This document shows positions 29,398 to 39,121 of a stretch of 64,000 nucleotides of DNA, one piece after another (positions within the stretch are counted from its first letter, which is position 1; every line of letters begins with the position of its first letter). The notes beneath the pieces are model-generated. The model was not told where the DNA came from. It was given only the letters and a program-made list of their open reading frames with translations, and searched no databases. Source of the DNA: a virus; the IMG/VR virus record IMGVR_UViG_3300028423_001099, positions 22,577 to 86,576 of that record. One strand, written 5' to 3'. A program made the position numbers and the translations under genes.

Positions 29398-30989
29398 TAT
29401 ACTGCAGATCTGCCCAGTGGTTCTTCTTCGCCTGCAGGCTCATCGAGATCATCTAGATCTAAATCCAAGTCGTCTGCGGGCTCTTCTGTGTCCATGCTGT
29501 CAAAATCCATGTCGGGCATGTCGTCGTTGCCTGCTAGACCCAATGACTCCTCCTCTCCTGTGAGTGTGCCGATGGCCTCATCCATGCCATCCTTGGCTTC
29601 ACGTGCATGTTCGAGTTGTGTATTCACCAGTTCACTCACACGATCATAGAATTGACGAGCAGTATCTGCGCCCATTTCTGCCTTGATTTGATCTGCAATT
29701 GGTGGCAAATCTTCGTTGACCATGCGTCCTAGACGCTCAATTTGATCCTGAAGGTCGCTGGACAGAGCTCTCACTGCCATCACAACTTCTGCTTGCTCTA
29801 CATCAACGTCTTCTGCAATCATCATGTCGTCTAGACTCAGATAGTTTTCTTGCATGCTTGATTCCTTTAATCCTAGATCTCCTAGTACCTCGTCTACCAA
29901 GATGCTGACATCACTGCTACCCAGCTCGTCTATGCCGCCTTCTGCATGTCTTTCTGCCGCATCAAACACTGCTCGTTGAACTTCTGACGTAGGCACTGAT
30001 TTAATCTCGTCTTGGTGGCTAACTCGCAGTCTGTAAAAAATTGCACTGGCAACAGCTTCTACGTCATCTTGGTAATCATTGTGATCCTTATCGTAGAAAA
30101 ACCATTCGTTAACGCTACCCTTGATGGCCCTCTTATTCTCTTTGACAGCGGATTCTTTGATGCTTTTGACTTCTTGCTTGTCAGCGCCTGTGACTGGATA
30201 TGTTTCTCCGTTAATTTCGAATTCTTTTTTGCCCTTCTTAATAGCATCACGGCGAGCAGCAATAAATGCATTGGTCTCTGAGATCTTGCGACCAAACATT
30301 TTCACACCTTCGATCATGCTATCTTCATCAAGTTCATTGAGGAAGTTCACCACTGCATCACGCGGCTTGCCACTGACCTTGGAAAACATGTTGAGCTGGC
30401 GCTCAATGTTGTCGATGGCACTGACACCGCTTTGCATTTTGATGCCACATTCTTTGGCAATACAACGTGTGACCTGTGCACTGGGCTTGGCAACACTTTG
30501 ACCAGAAATTTCATCTAATTGCTGTTCTGCACTGCCACCATACTCTTTGACATAGTCTTTTGCGGCAGTGAGCACAATAGGCAACACAAATTCATCATCA
30601 TAGGCATAACGGTTATCTCTGCGATAGCGGTTCATGCACTCTGATGCTGCTTCATCAGCAGTGTAACCCGAATCCATTAGCTCTCTGACTGTTTCCTGCA
30701 CATGGTTGCACATGCCTTCGTAGGCCGGGGATTGTGCATACATCTCACCTTCTAGGACGGTGTCGGCAATGTCTCTGATGCCCAGGAACTTGGCATAGTC
30801 GGGATCTAGATGAAATTTCTTGCTGCTGTTGCGCATGGTGATCAATGCCTGCTCTGCTGATTCACGCAGTTTTATCAACTGTGATTTGCTACTGCCTGGT
30901 TTCACAGTGATGCCAAACTGCTCAGATAGCATTTTGTTGATCTTGTTTATGCGTTTGAGTGGCGTTTGGTTGAATTCGTTCAGTTGCAT
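29397..30989 (-). CDS. Prohead core/scaffold-like acidic protein
   Basis: Coiled-coil, many (L/I/V)xE sites, acidic tail ending EPLGR; GATAAATA at 31023-31030. Confidence 0.5.
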   Translation of the reverse strand: MQLNEFNQTPLKRINKINKMLSEQFGITVKPGSSKSQLIKLRESAEQALITMRNSSKKFHLDPDYAKFLGIRDIADTVLEGEMYAQSPAYEGMCNHVQETVRELMDSGYTADEAASECMNRYRRDNRYAYDDEFVLPIVLTAAKDYVKEYGGSAEQQLDEISGQSVAKPSAQVTRCIAKECGIKMQSGVSAIDNIERQLNMFSKVSGKPRDAVVNFLNELDEDSMIEGVKMFGRKISETNAFIAARRDAIKKGKKEFEINGETYPVTGADKQEVKSIKESAVKENKRAIKGSVNEWFFYDKDHNDYQDDVEAVASAIFYRLRVSHQDEIKSVPTSEVQRAVFDAAERHAEGGIDELGSSDVSILVDEVLGDLGLKESSMQENYLSLDDMMIAEDVDVEQAEVVMAVRALSSDLQDQIERLGRMVNEDLPPIADQIKAEMGADTARQFYDRVSELVNTQLEHAREAKDGMDEAIGTLTGEEESLGLAGNDDMPDMDFDSMDTEEPADDLDLDLDDLDEPAGEEEPLGRSAV

Positions 30990-31055
30990 GGTTATATTCC
31001 CAGTGAATTTGCTTATTACACTTATTTATCTATCTCAGTGAAAACACACACAGGA

Positions 31056-31478
31056 TCACACAGGCAATTTGAGGCTCAATAGAAGCTGTTCCATCTGCTG
31101 ACGTGCATGCATTAGACGCATACGAGCTACACTGGCTCTGCTGTTGTCTTTGCTGTTGTAGGCAATATGACTGTACACAGTGGTGTCATTGTAGAGCTTG
31201 GTATACTGCTCAAGCACCTGCTGTGCCTTGGAAAAATAATATACTGTGCGATTTTTGGTGTTGCAATGCTCACAAACCATATCTGCTAGATGCTTGGTGG
31301 GTATTTGTGATAGCACAGGCTGCCTGCTATTATAGTCAACGAGATCATATCCGCAGTGTGCATTCTGTGCAATCACATACACAGGTCTGTTTTTCACAGT
31401 GTCCACAATGCCTTTGAGACTCTGTGTTACCTGTTTGCTATCAAAGTTTTTGTTTGTTGGGGTAGATTTTGTATCCAA
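31056..31478 (-). CDS. Hypothetical protein
   Basis: 140-aa ORF in operon orientation. Confidence 0.55.
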   Translation of the reverse strand: MDTKSTPTNKNFDSKQVTQSLKGIVDTVKNRPVYVIAQNAHCGYDLVDYNSRQPVLSQIPTKHLADMVCEHCNTKNRTVYYFSKAQQVLEQYTKLYNDTTVYSHIAYNSKDNSRASVARMRLMHARQQMEQLLLSLKLPV

Positions 31479-31662
31479 TGCCTTTGCCTTTGTGTGTTTT
31501 GAAAAATATGTTTTTCTTGTAGAGTTCGTCAGCTATGTAATTTTCCCGTTCTGAGAGTTTGTCACACAGTAACTTGCCTTCCATCTCGGCACGACCATAC
31601 AGAGCCGACTCGTCGCGACTTAGCAGACACAATACACCATTTTTGGCTGTTACTGCTCTCAC
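31441..31662 (-). CDS. Hypothetical protein (possible winged helix)
   Basis: LSERE..IA.EL..K.I pattern. Confidence 0.5.
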   Translation of the reverse strand: MRAVTAKNGVLCLLSRDESALYGRAEMEGKLLCDKLSERENYIADELYKKNIFFKTHKGKGIGYKIYPNKQKL

Positions 31663-31667
31663 AATAA

Positions 31668-31913
31668 TTATTTCTCAGGGATATCAGACAGTGGACTTTT
31701 TTCGCCGTCGGTTTTGCTGGCTTTTACACTGGTGTATTCATCAAAGCCCGGTACCAGTTCGAGGTCGAGACTCTGTGCCATTCGTAGAAGATTATTTTTG
31801 ATACGCTCCGGTGAGTCCGGACCGTGCTCTTCAGAATTCAGATATTGATCGCTGTCTGCACTGGATACGTTGACTTGTGCCTTGCTCTCTGTGAAAAGTT
31901 CATGTAATCTCAT
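31668..31913 (-). CDS. Small protein with capsid-targeting-like leader
   Basis: MRLHELFTE-S. Confidence 0.55.
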   Translation of the reverse strand: MRLHELFTESKAQVNVSSADSDQYLNSEEHGPDSPERIKNNLLRMAQSLDLELVPGFDEYTSVKASKTDGEKSPLSDIPEK

Positions 31914-31920
31914 AATGACA

Positions 31921-32733
31921 TTACCACTTCTTGCAACTCCAGTATCCTGCAGTTGTCTTGTCTTTTTTCTGATCACAGTTGTGTCTGGCACGAAAACTCT
32001 TGCGTGCTTCAGGATCGTCGCGTTTGATTTCCATGTCTGGGTCACCAAAGTTCACTTTTTTCACTTTGATTTTGCCATCTTTGGTTTTTTTGCCTGAGTT
32101 CACATAAACATGAAACTTTTTGGGACCGTTGCTGCTGCGAATAGGCTTGTTGAGATCAACATCACGGCCTTGATATTCAGCTTCTGTGAGTTGATTGGAT
32201 ATCTCAATCCAGCCATACTTCTCAAAAAACTCATTGCCGTGTAAGGTTTCTTCAATGTTAGATCTGCGAGCATCTGTGGTGCTATCACGTTTGGGCACAA
32301 TGGGCTCGCCATCAGCACCCATCACAGGACCATAGCCTGCAAGAAGGCGTCCTTTGTGATTATGTATACGCTTTTTCAACTGCTTCATGGCTTCACGGTC
32401 TCCCGCTTCTTTGGCATCTTCATAGTAAGAGACCAGTGTCTGCATTTGCGTATCGTTATTTAATAGCTGCTTGGTGTTGTGGTCTAGACCAGCAATGCCT
32501 CCAAGCATGCCCATGGCTGCCAGTGCACCTATTACCCACTCTCTGCTGCCTTCATCAAGTTCAACCTCAGAGGGCACATCAGTGTTTTCACGAGCTTTTT
32601 TGCGTTTGTTTTTGCGTGTTTTTCTACTGATTGTGCTGCCCATGGGCTGTGCTACGCTTGCAACACCACCTGCGCTGGTGGTTTCCGCTATGGGCATCTG
32701 CATGTCTTGACCGATAATATCACTTAGTTTCAT
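31921..32733 (-). CDS. Modular candidate internal head polyprotein with C-terminal FRARH.C..YWSC basic domain
   Basis: MKLSDII leader; ETTSAGG module; hydrophobic helix; EAEYQG..SFRARHNC..AGYWSCKKW; GATAAATA at 32763-32770. Confidence 0.7.
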   Translation of the reverse strand: MKLSDIIGQDMQMPIAETTSAGGVASVAQPMGSTISRKTRKNKRKKARENTDVPSEVELDEGSREWVIGALAAMGMLGGIAGLDHNTKQLLNNDTQMQTLVSYYEDAKEAGDREAMKQLKKRIHNHKGRLLAGYGPVMGADGEPIVPKRDSTTDARRSNIEETLHGNEFFEKYGWIEISNQLTEAEYQGRDVDLNKPIRSSNGPKKFHVYVNSGKKTKDGKIKVKKVNFGDPDMEIKRDDPEARKSFRARHNCDQKKDKTTAGYWSCKKW

Positions 32734-32761
32734 AACAGTTTCCAACTTTTTGCTGTTACTG

Positions 32762-33658
32762 TTATTTATCTGATTCTGTGTCCCCACTTAGTGCCCGATA
32801 AATGTCGGCATCAACCATGTCCATCACCGTTTGCCAGTGTTCTCTGGCGTTTTCCAGCAGTGTTTTTGCCCATCTAGCACGAGTCAGAGGATCTTGCTGC
32901 TGGAGTTCCTCCAAAGAGTGAATGGTTCTTTCCCATTCTCCTGCATACAGGTAACCTGCATAACGTGGGCTAACCGTTTCGACTCCTTGCTGTCTCAAGA
33001 AGTCTTGCTGTGATTCTGTGGTAAAACCCTTTTCTATGATGTCTTCGATTCGGCCTGCTGCAGCTAGTGCTTCTGCTCGCTGATCTCTTGAGTACGAATG
33101 CAGTCTATGGCCACGACTGTCTAGATCTTTGGAGAGTTTTCTCAGATTGCTGAAGATTTCATCAACCATCTGTTCCAGCTGTGGCTTCAAATGTGGCAAA
33201 TATGTTTTGTTCATGTAGTTCAAAATGTCGCACATTCCGCCACTAAGCTGATCAGTTGCAGTTCTGTGTCTTTCCAGTTTAGCAGGAGTGGGCTTTTCTT
33301 CTCTGTGTCTGGAGTGAAAAACTCCCCCGTGATTTAGCATGTACATGGGTCCACGCTTGGTCATACCCGAGGTAGCTTCAGCAATGCTGTCGGTGTAGGT
33401 ATACCTGAACTCACCGTCATGTGTATAGCGGATTCCAGTAAACCTATATTCTCGGCGAGATTTATGACCAGCCAAGAAAGCAATCACTTCGCCCGATGGA
33501 AGTACGTTGATCAGCATGTCTCCGGCATATACATCTGTACTGAGTGGCTTGCCGTCAACCGGTTTGAGTTTGGCGTTGTGTTTTACACGAAACTCGCGAA
33601 CCAGCTTTTCAGCAAAGTCTGTGGGAATGCCGTTTTTAGCAAAGTTTTTCACACTCAT
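32762..33658 (-). CDS. Hypothetical early protein
   Basis: AGGTG RBS; own sigma70-like promoter. Confidence 0.6.
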   Translation of the reverse strand: MSVKNFAKNGIPTDFAEKLVREFRVKHNAKLKPVDGKPLSTDVYAGDMLINVLPSGEVIAFLAGHKSRREYRFTGIRYTHDGEFRYTYTDSIAEATSGMTKRGPMYMLNHGGVFHSRHREEKPTPAKLERHRTATDQLSGGMCDILNYMNKTYLPHLKPQLEQMVDEIFSNLRKLSKDLDSRGHRLHSYSRDQRAEALAAAGRIEDIIEKGFTTESQQDFLRQQGVETVSPRYAGYLYAGEWERTIHSLEELQQQDPLTRARWAKTLLENAREHWQTVMDMVDADIYRALSGDTESDK

Positions 33659-33715
33659 ATATATCACCTAAGTCAGCCATAACGTGTGTTCTAGAACTTT
33701 TTGTTCTACACTGTT

Positions 33716-33743
33716 ATTATACGGTAAACTAGTGATATGTCAA
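33716..33743 (-). promoter_or_regulatory. Sigma70-like early promoter
   Basis: TTGACA-N16-TATAAT. Confidence 0.65.
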
Positions 33744-33776
33744 CACAAAAGCTGATGTGCTATAACCTATTGAATC

Positions 33777-34589
33777 TTATGATTTTTTCTTGCGACCTGA
33801 TTTCATGTTGGCACACCAGTGAGCCATCTTCTGCTTCTCACCGGAACTGTTTTTGGCCATCTTTCTGAGATCAGTGATACTTTTGCTGCAGTCTACGCCT
33901 GCTCGTTTGGCTCTTCCTGGACGGCTTTTGCCTTTCTTTTTGCCATCTGCAAAGTTTTCTGCAACATCATCTTCGTTGGTGATCAGGTCTTTGCGAAATC
34001 CAAGCTCTTCTGGCATTTTGCCGTCTTTGATATGCCGATGCAGTTCTTGTTCCAGTCGGCGATAATCTATATCAGCCAACAAACTCAGCTGCCACAGCGT
34101 GCGCTGTAGTACATGGCTCCGTGATTTGTTCTGAAACTGAGGATTTTTGCTGTTCCTGCGATAGAGTTTTACAAAATACTCCAACACGCGGTCAACTTTG
34201 CTTTCGTTGACCTGCTGTTCAGCAAACTCATCACTGGTTTTATGGTCATATTCTGCACACAGATCTAACACACTTGCATCAAGCACTTTGATCACGTCTA
34301 CTGAGTTATAGCCCAGTTGCTGATATGCATCATATCTGTGATGACCATTGATGATGCGGTTATCCCGATCGATCACTATGGGCTTGACACCATCACTCTG
34401 TATGCGCTCTACAGTTTCTGCTGTGAGACCCGATACTCGCTCGCTCTGTGAAGGTACTAGTCTGCTCAGTGGCATGATGAGCTCTTTGGTGCGATGAGAT
34501 TTTTCTAGATCCTGCGCATTTACCTGAGGCATTTTATCTCTGGGTATCTCTAGGGGCGTTACCGTCTTTGCAATCTCACTGAATCTCAT
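33777..34589 (-). CDS. ParB/sulfiredoxin-domain protein with C-terminal ENFADG..HWCANMKSG basic module
   Basis: PIVIDRDNRIINGHHRYDA; MRFSEI leader. Confidence 0.75.
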   Translation of the reverse strand: MRFSEIAKTVTPLEIPRDKMPQVNAQDLEKSHRTKELIMPLSRLVPSQSERVSGLTAETVERIQSDGVKPIVIDRDNRIINGHHRYDAYQQLGYNSVDVIKVLDASVLDLCAEYDHKTSDEFAEQQVNESKVDRVLEYFVKLYRRNSKNPQFQNKSRSHVLQRTLWQLSLLADIDYRRLEQELHRHIKDGKMPEELGFRKDLITNEDDVAENFADGKKKGKSRPGRAKRAGVDCSKSITDLRKMAKNSSGEKQKMAHWCANMKSGRKKKS

Positions 34590-36517
34590 TTTGAATACTT
34601 TTTCAGATAGTAGTTGACTGATTCTAGAACACGACCTACACGACCAGGTAACTGGTCTTGATCCTGCCATACATCACGACTGTCTTGTTGCGGCCACATA
34701 TAGATATACTTGCCCATGTACTCACCATCAACGCTGTCTTGTATCAGCATCCACCGCACACCACCAACATCATAAAGCTGATACTCTGCGGTATAACCCG
34801 GCATGACTCCCTCAAAATCAATGGTGCTGAGATCAGTAACAGGTACCCCGTTTTTCTTTACCCACCCAGCCACGCTGTTGACTTCAAGATGACTATTAGG
34901 ACCCATGCCGCCTAAATCACCAATCATGTAGATATCTTCAGTGGGGGTACGGGTGAATGAGCCAAACAGTTTTTTGCCCACGTGTCGTATCACACGAGAC
35001 ATATTGCCAGGCAAACTAGCTATTTGGTGAAATTTAGGACTCTGTACCCCATCGGTGGTTAGCTCTTTAGAGATCACCGCAGGAAGCGTGTCTGAGGTTA
35101 TTTCAACTGGCTCATAACCCACGTCATCTGTGTCATCCAGTTCAATATCCTGCAATCTGCTCATAGCGCCTACCATAGTATCTGTGGGTCTGATATTGGT
35201 GGTGGCACGAGCGGTGTCTGCTGCAGTGGCCTTTTTCACAGAGACCTTTTGTGTGGAAGCCCGATTATTAGAGGTGGCAGCAGGCATGGTATCTGTTTTA
35301 GGATTTAACAAATCGTCAAGATTGTTTGTATTATTTTTTGTTTGAGTTTTTGTTTTTGTTTGTGTTTTTGTGTTTTCAGTGAATTTTTGTTTTATAGATG
35401 GATGCAGTTTTTCCATGTACTGCTTGACCACAGAGCGTAAATCTACACAGTCGCCGCCCTCGGCACGCATAAGACGAAACTGTAACAACATTTCTGGATC
35501 TGGCACTGCTATATATGCTTCCATTTGAGAGCGTATGTCACTGGTGAGCAGCGGCTGACTCATTATCTGACGCAATTTGTACTCTGTGTCGTTGTCAGGC
35601 ACAGCCTCATCAACTTGTGCACTCTCTGTGATCAGTGAACGCCAGTGGCGTTCGCCTACCTTTGAAAGTTTCTGCCAGTTTGCCTGGCTGGTATACCAGC
35701 TGCCATTGCGGGCTAATTTAAAGCCCAGCTTCCTTAGATCAGCGTCCTTCCAGCTACCACGCAGTTCGCCGGGCTTGAGAAAATAAGGTTTGGTGTTCTC
35801 TGAAGTTTTCTTCTTGCGTTTCTTTTTCTTTTTGTCCGGAGAACCATATGCTGTCAACAGTGCAGCCATGTCTTGCTCTGCTTCTATGGTCTCTGAGGTT
35901 TTTTTCTTCTTCTTTTTGCCTGCACAATGCGCTCGTTGGCTAAAGCCTTTGGGATTTGAACAGTTGATAGAGTCTTTGTATTTTTTACTCCATGCTTCGT
36001 TGATCACATCGCTGTTCAATTCAGCCATAACTTGTAACTGTTCACCTAAACTGAGACGATCAAAACGATCAAACACACTCTCTTCTACTTGAGGTATAGC
36101 AACCTTGCTTTGTGGATCAAGTGCATAGATTTTTTCAGTGCGCTCGTCCTGTACTATCACTGAATCTTCTGCGTCATTAGGTAGATCAGGATCAAGCTCA
36201 TTGGCAGGGCTAATCACACGCACACTATTTCCTTGCTCGCTGGGAAACACAGCATCTTTTTCCAGTTGATTGGCCTGCATTATCTGTGCTTCTGGCTCGT
36301 CTGATTCTTGATCGGTGCCTTGTGTGTTAGGGCTCGGCGATGGAGCACTACTAGGAGCGTTGCTGGGAGCAGTGCTTGGACTAGCACTGGGTTTTTGTGT
36401 GGTAGACCGGCTTTGAGCACTTGCACCAGTTTGTTGCTGTGACACAGGCGTAGACTCACCGGAGGTCATGCCATACTCAAAAATGTCTTTTTGTCTGTTA
36501 AACTCTGACAGTTTCAT
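34586..36517 (-). CDS. Large modular candidate internal head polyprotein
   Basis: MKLSEF leader; WSKKYKDSINCSNPKGFSQRAHC module; poly-Lys tracts; repeated xE-(A/S/N) junctions. Confidence 0.65.
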   Translation of the reverse strand: MKLSEFNRQKDIFEYGMTSGESTPVSQQQTGASAQSRSTTQKPSASPSTAPSNAPSSAPSPSPNTQGTDQESDEPEAQIMQANQLEKDAVFPSEQGNSVRVISPANELDPDLPNDAEDSVIVQDERTEKIYALDPQSKVAIPQVEESVFDRFDRLSLGEQLQVMAELNSDVINEAWSKKYKDSINCSNPKGFSQRAHCAGKKKKKKTSETIEAEQDMAALLTAYGSPDKKKKKRKKKTSENTKPYFLKPGELRGSWKDADLRKLGFKLARNGSWYTSQANWQKLSKVGERHWRSLITESAQVDEAVPDNDTEYKLRQIMSQPLLTSDIRSQMEAYIAVPDPEMLLQFRLMRAEGGDCVDLRSVVKQYMEKLHPSIKQKFTENTKTQTKTKTQTKNNTNNLDDLLNPKTDTMPAATSNNRASTQKVSVKKATAADTARATTNIRPTDTMVGAMSRLQDIELDDTDDVGYEPVEITSDTLPAVISKELTTDGVQSPKFHQIASLPGNMSRVIRHVGKKLFGSFTRTPTEDIYMIGDLGGMGPNSHLEVNSVAGWVKKNGVPVTDLSTIDFEGVMPGYTAEYQLYDVGGVRWMLIQDSVDGEYMGKYIYMWPQQDSRDVWQDQDQLPGRVGRVLESVNYYLKKYSK

Positions 36518-36520
36518 GGA

Positions 36521-36799
36521 TCACCTATTCAGTGTTTTTAATCTACGACTAGCAGGATTCATGCGCTTGGTCCTGCGTGCCTTGCGTGCCATTCTTTTGC
36601 CAAACTTGGCCTTTGACTTCTTCAATGTGAGACGTTTTTTGATGTCGATGGGCGCACTGCATTGCGAAGCTTTGCTAACAACTCTGCCCTTGCGTCTGCC
36701 ACTGGTACATCGCACTGCACGTTTGATCTTGTTGCCACTGCGACGCCACACCATTTTGGCTTCAACCAGCAAGCCTTCTGTGAGCTCTGCTACCTTCAT
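36521..36799 (-). CDS. Highly basic protein with capsid-targeting-like leader
   Basis: MKVAELTE-G; RCTSG.RKGRVV...QC; K/R-rich. Confidence 0.7.
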   Translation of the reverse strand: MKVAELTEGLLVEAKMVWRRSGNKIKRAVRCTSGRRKGRVVSKASQCSAPIDIKKRLTLKKSKAKFGKRMARKARRTKRMNPASRRLKTLNR

Positions 36800-37044
36800 A
36801 CTGCCAACATCCTAAACACAATAGATCCCACTGTGGCCAACAGCGTGGTTACTGTGACACCCACAATGGCAACAATCCAGCTTTCCAGCTTGTCCAGTCT
36901 CTGTTTGGTGTACTGTTTAAACTCACGCAACTCTGTGGTGATGTTCTCAATGCGCAACATATCAGCAATGATGTGTGCTTCCACGTTGCCTGATTCAATG
37001 TACAATTGAGCCTTGCGTTCAAATTCGTTTTGTTTGTCAGACAT
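36796..37044 (-). CDS. Coiled-coil protein with C-terminal TM helix (holin/XhlA-like architecture)
   Basis: RLDKLE followed by a hydrophobic stretch. Confidence 0.55.
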   Translation of the reverse strand: MSDKQNEFERKAQLYIESGNVEAHIIADMLRIENITTELREFKQYTKQRLDKLESWIVAIVGVTVTTLLATVGSIVFRMLAV

Positions 37045-37451
37045 TATAGTAGATCCTGTTTGGTAAATTCTGTGTTCACAGAGCCAGAAGTGCTAATTGT
37101 GCCGCTGTTAAGCACAATGCCATCTAGTTCGTCAATCAGCGTGCCAACTGTGTGCACGTCTTCTCGTTCAAAAGCAAACTTGAAGATCCATCCGGCGCCT
37201 GTGAGACTGGGAGCACCAAAGCTCTCCAAAACATTGGCACCCACTCCGTTCAAGTATACAGGGTTATTCATGATCACAGGCATAGCACGCAGTGCAATAA
37301 CCTGCACTACGCTTTCAAAGTCTTTTTGACTATCATCTGCAAAGTCGCCGGTCTGTGTGATGTCTAACTTGGTGTACAATGTGAAATACTCGATGTTGCC
37401 TGTGAGCACTTCCGAGCTTGCCATTGCACCTGGTCGATCACTTAAAGCCAT
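37044..37451 (-). CDS. Putative virion structural protein
   Basis: GGAG RBS, GATAAATA at 37475-37482. Confidence 0.55.
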   Translation of the reverse strand: MALSDRPGAMASSEVLTGNIEYFTLYTKLDITQTGDFADDSQKDFESVVQVIALRAMPVIMNNPVYLNGVGANVLESFGAPSLTGAGWIFKFAFEREDVHTVGTLIDELDGIVLNSGTISTSGSVNTEFTKQDLL

Positions 37452-37518
37452 AGTTGAAACTCCGTTATTGCTAGTATTTATCTATATCGGAGATTTCTAT
37501 GTTGATGCCACAGCCAAG

Positions 37519-37544
37519 AAAAAGCCCTCCTAGGAGGGCTTTTT
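37519..37544. terminator. Rho-independent terminator (perfect 26-bp palindrome)
   Basis: AAAAAGCCCTCCTAGGAGGGCTTTTT. Confidence 0.8.
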
Positions 37545-37565
37545 GCATTCTAGCAAGGTCTACGT

Positions 37566-37889
37566 TTACAGTGCAACAGCGAACACACCTTGTTGAACGT
37601 TTGCGCTGGCAAATTGACCTTGCAGTGCAGTTTCCAACACGCCTGCGCTTACACCGCCAACTTCTGTGGCAACGTACAAGATATTTGCGTCGTCTGCGTC
37701 TGCATCCAAGATCACCAAGTTAGCAACACTCTGTAGCAGCTGTGATGCAACTTCGCCGTCTTTGGGTTCGCCGTTTGCATGAAAGCCGAAATCACTGATG
37801 TCAGTCCCTGCGTCTACCCAAAAAAATGAAAGATCACCTGACAGAAACTGGTCTGATGCAGCTGATCCATTTACTCTAATCTGTGCCAT
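37566..37889 (-). CDS. Putative abundant structural/decoration protein
   Basis: Own GATAAATA (37937-37944), AGGAGA RBS and terminator; Ala/Gly-rich. Confidence 0.55.
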   Translation of the reverse strand: MAQIRVNGSAASDQFLSGDLSFFWVDAGTDISDFGFHANGEPKDGEVASQLLQSVANLVILDADADDANILYVATEVGGVSAGVLETALQGQFASANVQQGVFAVAL

Positions 37890-37966
37890 TGTACTTCTCC
37901 TAAATGTTTACTAGGCAAACCTGTTGCCTTTGCTTTTATTTATCTTTTTTGTTAATTTAGCTGGTG

Positions 37967-38404
37967 CTACTTTTTGGTAGCTTTGGTGAATTTGTCGCCA
38001 ATTTTTTCGCCACGTTGCCAGGCTTTTTGCATAGTGCCTAGTGCGCCCTTGAATTGCTTGCCTCCGGCGTCAACAGCGCCCTTGAATTTGCTATCTTTGG
38101 GTACAGTCTTTTTTTGCTGGGGTTCAGCAGCTTGCATGGCATCTTGATACTCTTTGTCTCTGATTGCTTGCATTTTTTTACGCTGTTTTTCAATTTTCTT
38201 GCGTTCTTTTTCAGACTTTTTTTCGAGGTCTTTGCGTGCAAGGCGCTCAGCTGCTCTTTGTGCACTGTCAACTGTGGTGTGAGCTCGATTGTATCTTGTC
38301 TGCTGAAAATATTTTGCTGCAGGATCGTTGGTTGCCACAAGGCTTCTGTACACTGCCTCTGCTTCTCCTTGATCTACCTCTTCAAATAATTCTTGAATCT
38401 TCAT
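37967..38404 (-). CDS. Basic protein with capsid-targeting-like leader
   Basis: MKIQELFEE; GATAAATA at 38430-38437. Confidence 0.6.
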   Translation of the reverse strand: MKIQELFEEVDQGEAEAVYRSLVATNDPAAKYFQQTRYNRAHTTVDSAQRAAERLARKDLEKKSEKERKKIEKQRKKMQAIRDKEYQDAMQAAEPQQKKTVPKDSKFKGAVDAGGKQFKGALGTMQKAWQRGEKIGDKFTKATKK

Positions 38405-38428
38405 GGATATACCACCTGTGATTTACAA

Positions 38429-39121
38429 CTATTTATCAGTGTTGTTTGCTGTTGAAAGCAGTGGCTTGATGCCATATTTGACCAACTCGGCTCGTCTTGA
38501 ACCTCCGGTGGTAATCCTCATCATCTCAGTGTTTACCCGTTTGAAGAAAGACATTTTTTCCTTGTGGGCCATGGTGTGCCAGGTTATGGCCATGCGCCTG
38601 AGAGTCTTGTATCGTGGATTGCGTATCTTGAGCTGTGTTTCCAATCTATATAGATAGCTTACTGCAAGCCCCGTGGTATCATCACCTGTGGCAATGCGTC
38701 TGAGAAAATCCACATGCTGACGACGATTAAAGCTCAAAGAGTCCAAGAAATCTCTGCTGTCGGTGTGTTTTCTAAGACTTATCTGACTGCTGTGATCTAC
38801 CAGTGCAGTATAAGCCAACAGATAGATGTCGGTGGCAAAAGTCCTAAACAAGGAGTAGGTGCCATACTGTATAGTGCGATAAGCATAGTCTCTGGCATAC
38901 TGTTCGGTGTTTTGTTCTTGTGCTAACACATACAACAACATGGTGTGTATGAACAAGAGATCAGCAATATCTCTGCCTGAGAGTATGCCAAAACTGCGAG
39001 TGCTACGATACAACAATGCTTCGCACAACTCGGTGTCAATAAGTTGAAAACGGTTGCTACTGCCTAGCACCTGTTTGCGAATGTCAGAGAAGCTATTGTT
39101 CATATCATTGCTCTGGGTCAT
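38429..39121 (-). CDS. Hypothetical helical protein
   Basis: 230-aa ORF; ATGA overlap with the repeat cassette stop. Confidence 0.65.
   Translation of the reverse strand: MTQSNDMNNSFSDIRKQVLGSSNRFQLIDTELCEALLYRSTRSFGILSGRDIADLLFIHTMLLYVLAQEQNTEQYARDYAYRTIQYGTYSLFRTFATDIYLLAYTALVDHSSQISLRKHTDSRDFLDSLSFNRRQHVDFLRRIATGDDTTGLAVSYLYRLETQLKIRNPRYKTLRRMAITWHTMAHKEKMSFFKRVNTEMMRITTGGSRRAELVKYGIKPLLSTANNTDK

Noticed and set aside
35325-35395. Microsatellite-like TTTTTG tract
   Set aside because: Encodes a low-complexity TKTQTKTK linker inside a long ORF.
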